Of a stretch of DNA of 35,306 bases, positions 24,877 to 32,970 are shown piece by piece. The notes under the pieces are model-generated. The model was not told the origin of the DNA. It saw nothing but the letters and a program-made list of their open reading frames with translations, and did not search any database. The stretch comes from Candidatus Methylomirabilota bacterium (GTDB lineage: Bacteria; Methylomirabilota; Methylomirabilia; Rokubacteriales; CSP1-6): contig DASYQB010000115.1 in the NCBI GenBank assembly GCA_036005985.1, forward strand, positions 1-35,306, read 5' to 3'. How positions within the stretch are numbered: the first letter of the stretch is position 1; every line of letters begins with the position of its first letter. The translations under genes and the position numbers were made by a program.

Positions 24877-27103
24877 AGCTCATACTCCTTTCATAGGCCC
24901 CTGCATCGCAGATCACCAGCCGGTCGCCGATCTTGAGAGTGTCCGGCAGATCGAGGCCCTGGGAGAGAACGTCGTCCTCCATGCAAATGCGGCCGAGGAC
25001 ACGCACCGGGCCACGTGATACCGGTACCGGCCGCTCGTCCACGAGATGGAAGAACCGGTGCGGATACACGGAGGCGAGGGGCAGCTCGGCGATGCAGGCG
25101 TCCACCACCACCTCCTGCAGCTTGCCCTCTTGCTGCCGCACGTCGAGGACGCTCGTCACCATGGCCATGGTCGCCTGGGTCAGGGCGCGTCCCGGCTCCA
25201 CGTAGACCGCGGTCAGGCCCGACAGCGTGTTCCGGGCGAAGCGGACGATGTCCCGGAAGGGCAGGCGCGCGAAATCGTCGGGATGGTAGCCCCCGCCGAG
25301 ATCGAGGGCGCGAACGCGACGCCCGGAAGCGGCCTCGATGGCTCCCGCCCACGCCACGGACGACTCCGCCACGTCACGCCAGTGCCCCACGCCGATCATG
25401 GTGCTCGCCATGTGCACGTGGATGCCGAGGTCACGGCCCGGCGGGAGGGCGGCCACCGCCGCGCAGAGGCGCTCGAAATCCGCCGGCTCGTCCACGGAGA
25501 CGCCGAAGCGCGACCGGCTTCCCGGAATCCGGAGGCGCACGCCCCACAGGCCGTCCGTTCGACGGGAGCCGGCCAGCCGCTCGAGCTCCTCCACCGAGTC
25601 GCAGAACACGACACGCAGCCCGTCCACCGCGCGCTCGGTGGGCGGCCACCACTTGCCGGGGCCGTTCAGCACGATCTCGTCGGCTCGCCAGCCCGCCTCG
25701 AGGGCCCGCCGCACCTCGAGCAGGCTGATGCACTCCGCGAGCATGCCTGCCTTGCGCGCGAGCATCAGGTACTCGGCATCGGGACTGGTCTTGAGGCTGT
25801 ACGCGTAGCGTAGGAGGATGCCCTCCACCGGCGCCACGGTGGGCAGGCGTCCGAAGGCCGCCTCGGCGGTGCGAGGAAGAAAGAGCCGGTGGGGTGTGGC
25901 AACCACCGCGGCCGTGGCGAGGAGATCAGCCTCGCTCTCGGGAGAAAGGGTGGGCGCGGCGGCGGTCGGCGCCTCGTCCGGAACGAGCATGGGCACGATG
26001 GCGGAGAGCGAGGCGCCGTACTTGCCATGGACGCCCAGCTGCCCATGCTCGGGCTCCACGGGCAGGGGCAGCGGTATTCCGGAGCGGACCGGCACTTCGA
26101 GGACGACGCGGGTGAACTCCGCCTGCGCCGAGAAGGCCCGCGGGCCGTCGGGGAGCCCGAGGGCGCGACGGACGAGGGCGGCGGGAAGATTTCGCCCCGC
26201 CAAGGTCGCTCCGTGCACCCAGGCGGGAAAGCGCGGATTCCACTCGAGCCACCAGCGTCGTCCGTCGACGTCGCGCAGCACCTCGATCTCCGCTCCGCCC
26301 GTCCAGCCGATGGCCCGCACCGCCGCTTCGATGGGGCCGAGGAGATCCGCGGGCAGCTCGCCCACGTGCCCCGCCCATGTCTTGCCTTCGGGCGTGGTGA
26401 TGCGCTTGCGCATGTAGAGCGCGTCGCAGAGCCGGCCGTCGTAGGCGGCGAGACAGACGGACTCCTCGTAGCCACGCACGTGAACCTGGACGGACAGGCG
26501 ATCGGTCTGCCAGCCCTCGCGCATCCAGGCACGCACCTGCTCGAGCTGGCGCCAGTCTCCCACCGCCACCGCCTCGTGGTAGGGCCCCTTGATCCACACC
26601 CGCCAGGAGTGGGCGCGGCAGAAGGCGTAGATCTCCTCGTCGGAGGCGGAGAGATCCAGCGACGGCGCGATCTCGAACGGCAGGAGCTCGGCCACGCTGG
26701 GACGCGGCTTGCGGCTGGGCGCGAGCGCCTTTTCGTCCGGGGCGAGGAGGAGCGGATGGGTCGCCAGGGTGCGCGCGAGCCACGCCACCTCGAGATCCAG
26801 GGTGGGAATCCACAGCGCGCCCTGGTCGAGCTCCGCCTGCACTTCCTTGGCGTAGAGATCTTCTTCGATGAGGTCCCAGGGTGGCTTCAGCCAGGTCGCG
26901 TCGAACACCTCATGGTGAAGACCGGAGCTCCCCGCCCAGTAGTCGACGCCCACCAGCTGCGCGGAGGGGAATGCCGCGCGCACGGAGCGCGCGACGCCCA
27001 GCCCCGCCGACGGGCTGGGACCGGAGTAGAGACCCGAGATGAAGACGGTTTCTTTCATCGCCTTGTCGCCCCCCGCGTGGGGCGTGCCTGCGGCTCCCGT
27101 CAT
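24848..27103 (-). CDS. Fusion protein: N-terminal ATP-grasp ligase domain + C-terminal PLP-dependent Orn/DAP/Arg decarboxylase (fold-type III) domain
   Basis: The N-terminal half has ATP-grasp-like features (RVWIKGPYHEAVAV, GGAEIEVLRD, WWLEWNPRFPAWV). The C-terminal half has YSLKTSP (PLP Lys), HVHMAS, LDLGGGY, EPGRAL, GRICMEDDVL and DAGAYERSMSYAF. An alternative start is the ATG at 27058 (MKETVFISG). Confidence 0.75.
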   Translation of the reverse strand: MTGAAGTPHAGGDKAMKETVFISGLYSGPSPSAGLGVARSVRAAFPSAQLVGVDYWAGSSGLHHEVFDATWLKPPWDLIEEDLYAKEVQAELDQGALWIPTLDLEVAWLARTLATHPLLLAPDEKALAPSRKPRPSVAELLPFEIAPSLDLSASDEEIYAFCRAHSWRVWIKGPYHEAVAVGDWRQLEQVRAWMREGWQTDRLSVQVHVRGYEESVCLAAYDGRLCDALYMRKRITTPEGKTWAGHVGELPADLLGPIEAAVRAIGWTGGAEIEVLRDVDGRRWWLEWNPRFPAWVHGATLAGRNLPAALVRRALGLPDGPRAFSAQAEFTRVVLEVPVRSGIPLPLPVEPEHGQLGVHGKYGASLSAIVPMLVPDEAPTAAAPTLSPESEADLLATAAVVATPHRLFLPRTAEAAFGRLPTVAPVEGILLRYAYSLKTSPDAEYLMLARKAGMLAECISLLEVRRALEAGWRADEIVLNGPGKWWPPTERAVDGLRVVFCDSVEELERLAGSRRTDGLWGVRLRIPGSRSRFGVSVDEPADFERLCAAVAALPPGRDLGIHVHMASTMIGVGHWRDVAESSVAWAGAIEAASGRRVRALDLGGGYHPDDFARLPFRDIVRFARNTLSGLTAVYVEPGRALTQATMAMVTSVLDVRQQEGKLQEVVVDACIAELPLASVYPHRFFHLVDERPVPVSRGPVRVLGRICMEDDVLSQGLDLPDTLKIGDRLVICDAGAYERSMSYAFGRGGYS
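24885..24890 (-). promoter_or_regulatory. Shine-Dalgarno (AAGGAG) for the transglutaminase-like gene, embedded in the last codons of the upstream fusion gene
   Basis: The minus strand reads GAA AGG AGT ATG AGC TAT GCG (E R S M S Y A). This is an unusually AT-rich run of codons for this genome. Confidence 0.6.
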
Positions 27104-27291
27104 CGTCCGTGCGAAGGTGTGTAGTGGCCCGCCGGCCGGGGCGCAGTCAGCGAGTGTCCACCGGGGATGCCCGTGGCGCGGTCCTTACCGCAAAAAAAGC
27201 GCCAATTCAGTGCCGCTTTTAGAGACGAGGCTTTGGCAGACGCGAAGATTATCCGGATCTGCGAATCGTAAGGAAACTCGACAGACGCCAC
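27100..27291 (-). CDS. Candidate 63-codon ORF, or alternatively a non-coding leader, upstream of the ATP-grasp fusion gene
   Basis: The GTG at 27291 lies 18 nt after the MFS stop, and the ORF's stop overlaps the 27103 ATG as ATGA. However, it has low GC3 compared with neighbouring genes, no recognisable domain, and it contains a T7 run. Confidence 0.25.
   Translation of the reverse strand: MASVEFPYDSQIRIIFASAKASSLKAALNWRFFCGKDRATGIPGGHSLTAPRPAGHYTPSHGR
27192..27220 (-). terminator. Weak hairpin followed by a T7 run on the minus strand (possible terminator or attenuator downstream of the MFS gene)
   Basis: The minus strand reads AAAAGCG-GCACTGAATTGG-CGCTTTTTTT. The stem has only 3 G:C pairs plus A:U pairs and a 12-nt loop. 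Confidence 0.2.
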
Positions 27292-27309
27292 ACCGACCCG
27301 GCGCGCAGA

Positions 27310-28470
27310 TCAGCGCGCCACGCAGTACGTCCGGAACGCGAGGAATGCGAGGGCCCCCAGGACCACGGCGAGGACGCCGAGCGCCGTCTCCATTCCCAGC
27401 CGATCTACCATGGCCCCGATGGGCGGACCGGCCACCACGAAGGACAGCCGGAACACGAGGGTGGCGATCGAGAGGACGCTCGCCCGGTCCTCGGGCGGCG
27501 CGTCCTGCTGCATCACCGTGGCGAGAATCGGCCCTTGCAGTCCACGGATCGTCATGAAGCAGAGGTAGAAGATGATGCCCCACGCGGCGTGGCTCAGGGA
27601 CAGCCCGGCATAACCGAGGGGAACGAGCAGGCAGCAGCCGAGGAGAGCCAGGCGCAAGCCGAGGGCCCCCACCACGCGCGAGCTGGCCAGCGATACCGCG
27701 GCCAGCCACACGTGCGCGCATGCCCAGAGCGGACCGAACCACGCCGCGGGAATGCCGCGGGCCTGCATGTAGGGCTGGATGAGCCAGATCATCACGAAGG
27801 TCGACAAGCCGAGGGCGACGCTGAGCGCCATGGCGGCGCGCAGTCTCCGGTGGTGCCAGAGCGTGAAGCCGATGATATGGAGAGCGCGCTCGGTGTGGGA
27901 GCGGCCTCCGGCCCCGCGCGGGCGCGGGACCTCGTACAGCAGGGCCGCGGTGGAGAGGGCCAGCGCGGCCGCCGGCACCTGGAGCCAGAAAGGCCAGCGC
28001 GGCCCCATCGCGTAGAGCCAGCCGCCGGCCGCCGCGCTCAGCGCCTCGGCGGACTGGGAGACGGCGCGGATCCGGCCGTCCCAGCGCGTGTACTGCGCGG
28101 TGCGGCTCGCGCCGTCCAGGGAGACCCAGAGGAGGGCGCGATCCGCCCCCGACATGAAGGCACTCCCCGCCCCCAGCGCGGTCTCGGCAACCGCCACCGC
28201 CCAGAAGCTCTCCGCGCGCGTGTAGAGAAGCCATCCCGCCATGAGAAGCCCGGTGCTCGCGAGGAGCGACCAGCGATAGCCCACCCGATCGGCCACGTAT
28301 CCCGACGGGAACTCGAAGAGCACCACGGCCAGCCCGAAGATGGCCTGAAGGACCATGATGTCGGCGAGCGACATCCCGATCTGATCCTTCCAGAAAAGCG
28401 TGATGATCGGGATGGGGAAGAGGATGAACTGGAAGGTGGCGAAGGCGATGAGCAGCCGGACATTTCTCAT
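27310..28470 (-). CDS. MFS transporter
   Basis: 386 aa, about 12 TM segments, with motif-A-like PSGYVADRVGYRWS. Confidence 0.8.
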   Translation of the reverse strand: MRNVRLLIAFATFQFILFPIPIITLFWKDQIGMSLADIMVLQAIFGLAVVLFEFPSGYVADRVGYRWSLLASTGLLMAGWLLYTRAESFWAVAVAETALGAGSAFMSGADRALLWVSLDGASRTAQYTRWDGRIRAVSQSAEALSAAAGGWLYAMGPRWPFWLQVPAAALALSTAALLYEVPRPRGAGGRSHTERALHIIGFTLWHHRRLRAAMALSVALGLSTFVMIWLIQPYMQARGIPAAWFGPLWACAHVWLAAVSLASSRVVGALGLRLALLGCCLLVPLGYAGLSLSHAAWGIIFYLCFMTIRGLQGPILATVMQQDAPPEDRASVLSIATLVFRLSFVVAGPPIGAMVDRLGMETALGVLAVVLGALAFLAFRTYCVAR

Positions 28471-28483
28471 GCCGGGACGGAAG

Positions 28484-29071
28484 TCAGTCGTGCTTCTCCA
28501 CGTCGCTCTGGGTGAAGCCGAAGATGATGAGCACGGTGAAGTTATCGTACTTGGACCGACCGACGCCGGGGGCCTGGGCGGCGAGCGGCGTGTCGGTTTT
28601 TCCCTCGAACTCGTAGATGCGGAGCTCGGTCTGCCCGCGATTGCGCTCCCACTTGAACAGGGCGATCTCCGGGAATGGAACGTTGACCACCGGGACCTGG
28701 AAGGCGGGAATCCCGATGAAGGTGCGATCGCTGTCCGTGCCGTACACCGAGGCGAAGAGCTTCACCTTGACCTCGGGCCATTCGGAGACGGTGCGAACGC
28801 CGTGAGCCCGGAGCCACGTGGTGACGAACGCCTTGATGAAGTCCTGGTTCCCCGTCTGCACGAACACCTCGAGATTGACGCCGGGACCCTGGAGCTTCGT
28901 GACATCGAGCTGGGCGAGGGCCCGCTCCAGCGACCGGATGAGCAGCTGCTGGGTGACGCCCTCGGGTTTCGTGGGAGGGAGCTGGCCGGCCAGGGAGCAG
29001 CCCCCGGCGAGGAGACAGCCCATGAGGGCGAGCCTCACCCTCATCGAGCGAAGTCGGGCCGACGTGACCAT
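28484..29071 (-). CDS. Hypothetical lipoprotein
   Basis: The ATG at 29071 is preceded by AAGGA; the listed start at 29107 is an extension. It has a signal peptide with a lipobox-type Cys (MVTSARLRSMRVRLALMGCLLAGGCS). I recognise no domain. Confidence 0.6.
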   Translation of the reverse strand: MVTSARLRSMRVRLALMGCLLAGGCSLAGQLPPTKPEGVTQQLLIRSLERALAQLDVTKLQGPGVNLEVFVQTGNQDFIKAFVTTWLRAHGVRTVSEWPEVKVKLFASVYGTDSDRTFIGIPAFQVPVVNVPFPEIALFKWERNRGQTELRIYEFEGKTDTPLAAQAPGVGRSKYDNFTVLIIFGFTQSDVEKHD

Positions 29072-29116
29072 GCTGTCCTTGGTATCACGGTGAGGGCGAG
29101 GAGGCACGCGGAAGCC

Positions 29117-30337
29117 CTAGGCCCGCACCGGCCCGCCCGCGCGCACGCGGGAGAGGAGCACCAGCCCGATCAGGAAGAAGCTGCCGATGGCGAGGATGCC
29201 CGCCCGCTGATTGCCGCCCGCGGCGTGCGAGATGCCTCCGAAGACGAGCGGCCCCATCACGGCCGCGCTCTTGCCACACAGCGAATAGAAACCGAAGAGC
29301 TCCGCCTCCATGCCGTCGGGGCAGAGGCGCGCCAGGAACGTCCGGCTGGCCGCCTGCACCGCGCCCAGTCCCGTTCCCGCCACCACGGCGAGCACCCAGA
29401 ACTGGCCCGCCGTCTCCACGAAGTACGCCGTCACCACCACAATGGTCCACTGCACCAGGGTGAACATGACCACGCGCTTGGGGCCGAGGCGGTCGATAGG
29501 CTTGGCCCACGCCACGGCCCCGCCGAGCGCGGAGATCTGCACCACGATGTAGAGGACGATGAGCCGCTCCATGGGAAAGCCGAGGGTCTGCGCGGCAAAG
29601 ATGGCCGAGAAGGCGACCACGGTATTGACGCCATCCTCGTAGAGGAAATAGGCGCCGAGGAAGCGGCGAAGGTCGCGGAGGGCGAGGATCCGGCGAGCGG
29701 TGACCACCACCTCCCGCGCGCCCTGCCGCGCCGCTTCCCACACTCCGAGGCGCCCGGGAGGAGGAGGGGGCAGGAAGAGAAAGGCGGGCATGGCGAAGAC
29801 CGCGAAGAGGCCGGCCGTGCACAGGAAGGCGCCCGCGTACCGATGGGACCGCACGAAAGGCAGCGCGGTGAGGAGCGCGGCAATGGAGCCCGCATAGCCG
29901 ACGGCGAATCCCCAGGCCGACACCCGACCCTGATGGGTGGGCGGGGCGAGATCGGGAAGGTAGGCGTTGTAGTAGACGAGGGCGCTCTCGTAGCCGAAAT
30001 TCCCGATCACCCCGAGGAGGAAGCCCCAGTAGACCATGCCGGGCTGGACGGTGGCGAGGAGCGCGGTGGCCGTCACGGAGAGCGCGGTGAACCCGATGAA
30101 GAGCGGACGCCGTATGCCCGCGCGGTCGGCGAGGCCGCCCAGCAAGGGCGAGGTGAGAGCGACGGCGGCCATGGAGACGGAGATCACCCGTCCCCACCAC
30201 AGATCGCCGAGGCCCGTCTCGTTGCCTACCACCGCCATCGCGTAGTACGCGGCGTAGATGGTGGCGAACACCACCGCGGCGAACGAGGAGTTGGCAAAAT
30301 CGTAGAGCGTCCACGCCACGATGGCCCGCACGTTCAC
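29117..30337 (-). CDS. MFS transporter, UMF1 / Atg22-like family
   Basis: The GTG at 30337 overlaps the acyltransferase stop (GTGA); the listed start at 30730 is an extension. The N-terminal AWTLYDFANSSFAAVVFATIY is the family hallmark. Confidence 0.75.
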   Translation of the reverse strand: MNVRAIVAWTLYDFANSSFAAVVFATIYAAYYAMAVVGNETGLGDLWWGRVISVSMAAVALTSPLLGGLADRAGIRRPLFIGFTALSVTATALLATVQPGMVYWGFLLGVIGNFGYESALVYYNAYLPDLAPPTHQGRVSAWGFAVGYAGSIAALLTALPFVRSHRYAGAFLCTAGLFAVFAMPAFLFLPPPPPGRLGVWEAARQGAREVVVTARRILALRDLRRFLGAYFLYEDGVNTVVAFSAIFAAQTLGFPMERLIVLYIVVQISALGGAVAWAKPIDRLGPKRVVMFTLVQWTIVVVTAYFVETAGQFWVLAVVAGTGLGAVQAASRTFLARLCPDGMEAELFGFYSLCGKSAAVMGPLVFGGISHAAGGNQRAGILAIGSFFLIGLVLLSRVRAGGPVRA

Positions 30338-31695
30338 GAGGCGGCTCCGTCGAGAACCCGGCCCGGCACCTGCCGCAGCAGCTCCTGGAACTCGGCCATG
30401 ATGGCGCGGCGCCGCTCGAGGAGATGGGAGCGGAGATCCCGATCCATGAGGACGGTGAGGAGCCCGCGCGTGTCGCGCCGCACCCGATCGAGCCGCTGCG
30501 TCCAGGACAGAGCGAAGAATCCCGTGGGGAGGAGGGAGAGCACGAAGACGGCGAGGAGCGCGCCGCCGCCCACCCGCCAGATCACCCATCCCCCGAGTAG
30601 CCAGCACAGCGGATAGACCACCAGTCCCACCGCCACCTTGTACGTCGACTCCACATCGGGCTCCGGGTTGAGGGCGCGCACCGCCACCGCGGTGAGCCCG
30701 TACGGCAGGATGTGGTTCACCAGCCCCCACAGGGCGAGGGGCAGCCCCAGCACGAGGGCGAGGCCCTGGCGCAGGGCGTACCGGAGGACGGCGCGGAGCT
30801 GATACCCCTGGGAGAGGTCGCGATCGGTCAGCCCCGTCCCTTCGAGCTCGCCCACGTATCGCTCCAGACGCTCGCGCAGCGCGGAGAGCCGGGCGGGCTC
30901 GAAGGCGGCGAGATACGCGTTGGCGCGGGCCGCGCGCTGGCGCCAGGTCGTGCGGGCCAAGGGATCGGCCGCGATCTCCGGCGCCTCCTCGCGCCAGATC
31001 GCCTCGGCGGCGAGGACGAGATCGAGGGTGTGCCGATCGCGCGCCTCCACGATGAGGCGCCGGAGCGCCGCTTCCAGGCGTGCGGTGAGCCGGCGCACCG
31101 CCTCTTCCTCGGGCAGCGCGTCGAAGTCTTCTGTGGGAACCGCCTCCCCCATCAGCACCACCGCCGACCCCACCCTGAACGTGGCCGGCTCGTGGAACAT
31201 GAGTCCCACGGGCAAGAGGGTGGCGTGCCCACCGCGGCCGCCGCTCCCGCCGCTGCTCCCCAGGACGAGGCGCGCCGCTCCCGTGCGGAGCGGCATGAGC
31301 GCGGGCTCGGGCTGGCTCACGCCTTCGGGAAAGATCAGGAGAGCCTCGCCCTCGGCGAGCGCCCGGTGGGCCGCGCCGAACATGGCCTGGTTGTCCACGC
31401 GCCCCTTGCCTTCATCCTGGCGCCGGTGCACGGGGATGGCTCCGGCCAATCGGGCGAGCTGGCCGATGATCGGATAGCGGAAGAGCGGAGCCTTGGCGAT
31501 GGGGCGTAGACGCCGGGGCAGAGTGGCGGCGAGGAGCAGGCCGTCCATGAGTCCCTGCTGGTGATTGGCGGCCACCACGAGCGGACCCGTGGCCGGCACG
31601 CGCTCGCGCCCGATCACCTCGACACGACGGTAGAAGAGACCGACGAGGAAGCGCGCGAATAGCCGGAAGAGCCGATAGCGGGCGGGCTCAGCCAA
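30334..31695 (-). CDS. PlsC-type (lysophospholipid / 1-acyl-glycerol-3-phosphate) acyltransferase with C-terminal membrane region
   Basis: HX4D motif (ANHQQGLMDG), FPEG motif (LLIFPEGVS), and a C-terminal ~200 aa with 2-3 TM helices. Confidence 0.75.
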   Translation of the reverse strand: MAEPARYRLFRLFARFLVGLFYRRVEVIGRERVPATGPLVVAANHQQGLMDGLLLAATLPRRLRPIAKAPLFRYPIIGQLARLAGAIPVHRRQDEGKGRVDNQAMFGAAHRALAEGEALLIFPEGVSQPEPALMPLRTGAARLVLGSSGGSGGRGGHATLLPVGLMFHEPATFRVGSAVVLMGEAVPTEDFDALPEEEAVRRLTARLEAALRRLIVEARDRHTLDLVLAAEAIWREEAPEIAADPLARTTWRQRAARANAYLAAFEPARLSALRERLERYVGELEGTGLTDRDLSQGYQLRAVLRYALRQGLALVLGLPLALWGLVNHILPYGLTAVAVRALNPEPDVESTYKVAVGLVVYPLCWLLGGWVIWRVGGGALLAVFVLSLLPTGFFALSWTQRLDRVRRDTRGLLTVLMDRDLRSHLLERRRAIMAEFQELLRQVPGRVLDGAAS

Positions 31696-31722
31696 GAGCG
31701 GAGCGGACGGTATCGGCCGCGC

Positions 31723-32970
31723 TCACGAGGCGGTGGGCGGCGCCACGCGCTCCCGTCGGGCCGATCGCCCCGGGAAGGGCCCCGCGCCCACGGGAAAGTC
31801 GAAGGTCTCCATGCTCGCGCGCTCCACGCCCGCCATGACCAGCTTGGGAATATCCAGCCGGGCTTCCATGGCCGCGACCTCCTCCTGGGCGAGCCGGGTT
31901 CCCGGATGGGCGGGAACGAAGAGCGTGCAGCAGTCGGCGTCGGGCTCGTTGGAGATCTCGAGCGTGCCCAGCCGTCGCGCCTGGTCCGTGATCTCGAGCT
32001 TGTCCATGCCGATGAGGGGGCGGAGGATGGGCATCTCGGCCGCCTCGTCGATGCGCGCCATGTTGTGAAGGGTCTGGGAGGCGACCTGCCCCAGGCTCTC
32101 TCCCGTGACGAGAGCGAGGGCGCCCGACTGCCGCGCGAGGGCCTGGGCGATGCGCACCATGAGCCGCCGATACACGACCACGCGGGCCATGGGGCTGACC
32201 GAGAGCACGACCTCGCGCTGGATCTCGCCGAAGGGCACGAGGTAGAGACGCGAGAAGTACTGCCACTGGGTCAGACGGCCCACGAGCTCACGCACCTTGC
32301 CGATCGACGTGTCCGGGAGATAGGGCACGCTATGAAAGTGCACGAAGAGGACACGGCACCCGCGCTTCATCATGCGCCAGGCGGCCACCGGCGAGTCGAT
32401 GCCCCCCGAGATGAGCGCGGTCACCGTTCCCCCCGAGCCCACGGGCAGGCCCCCCGGCCCCGGGCGCCGGTCGGGATAGACGAAGGCCTCGTGGGGCAGC
32501 ACCTCCACGTGAATCTCCAGCGCGGCGTGGTGGAGATCCACCCGCGCCTCGGGACGCCGGCGCTGAACGTGGGCGCCCAGCTCGCGGTTGAGCTCGGTCG
32601 AGGTCATGGGGAAGGTCTTGAAGGCCCGGCGCGCCGTGATGCGGAACGACGGGAAGACCTGCCCTTCGATCACGTGGTCCACCGCGCGGGTGAGCGCCTC
32701 CAGCGACGAGCCCGTCCGCACGGCGAGGGCGGTGTTGGCGACGCCGCACACGCGGTCGAGCCGCTCGCGCACCGCCGCGGGCCTGGGGTGCCCGGCGAGG
32801 TCGAGCACGATGCGCCCGGGAAGCTGATGCACGGGAGCGGGACCGAGATCGCCCACCGCCCGCGCGAGATTCTCCTGGAGCCGGCGGAGAAACAGCGGAC
32901 GGTTGCCGCGCTTGAGGCTGATCTCGTGGTAGTGGACGATGACGCAGGGCCGGAGAGCGGGATCGCTCAC
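31723..32970 (-). CDS. thiI: tRNA 4-thiouridine(8) synthase ThiI (no rhodanese domain)
   Basis: THUMP-type N-terminus (IVHYHEISLKRGNRPLF) and PP-loop ALISGGIDSPVAAW. The start is a GTG. Confidence 0.9.
   Translation of the reverse strand: MSDPALRPCVIVHYHEISLKRGNRPLFLRRLQENLARAVGDLGPAPVHQLPGRIVLDLAGHPRPAAVRERLDRVCGVANTALAVRTGSSLEALTRAVDHVIEGQVFPSFRITARRAFKTFPMTSTELNRELGAHVQRRRPEARVDLHHAALEIHVEVLPHEAFVYPDRRPGPGGLPVGSGGTVTALISGGIDSPVAAWRMMKRGCRVLFVHFHSVPYLPDTSIGKVRELVGRLTQWQYFSRLYLVPFGEIQREVVLSVSPMARVVVYRRLMVRIAQALARQSGALALVTGESLGQVASQTLHNMARIDEAAEMPILRPLIGMDKLEITDQARRLGTLEISNEPDADCCTLFVPAHPGTRLAQEEVAAMEARLDIPKLVMAGVERASMETFDFPVGAGPFPGRSARRERVAPPTAS

Noticed and set aside
27192-27220. A confident intrinsic terminator between the MFS gene and the ATP-grasp gene.
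   Set aside because: The stem has only three G:C pairs plus A:U pairs and a 12-nt loop. The T7 run is striking but the structure is weak. I kept it only as a low-confidence feature.
27100-27291. A graspetide (microviridin-type) precursor peptide call for the 63-codon ORF.
   Set aside because: There is no PFFARFL-like leader and no C-terminal Thr/Ser + Asp/Glu/Lys-rich core. GC3 is low for this genome. The FPYDS resemblance to a microviridin core lies at the wrong (N-terminal) end. I report the ORF as a hypothesis only.
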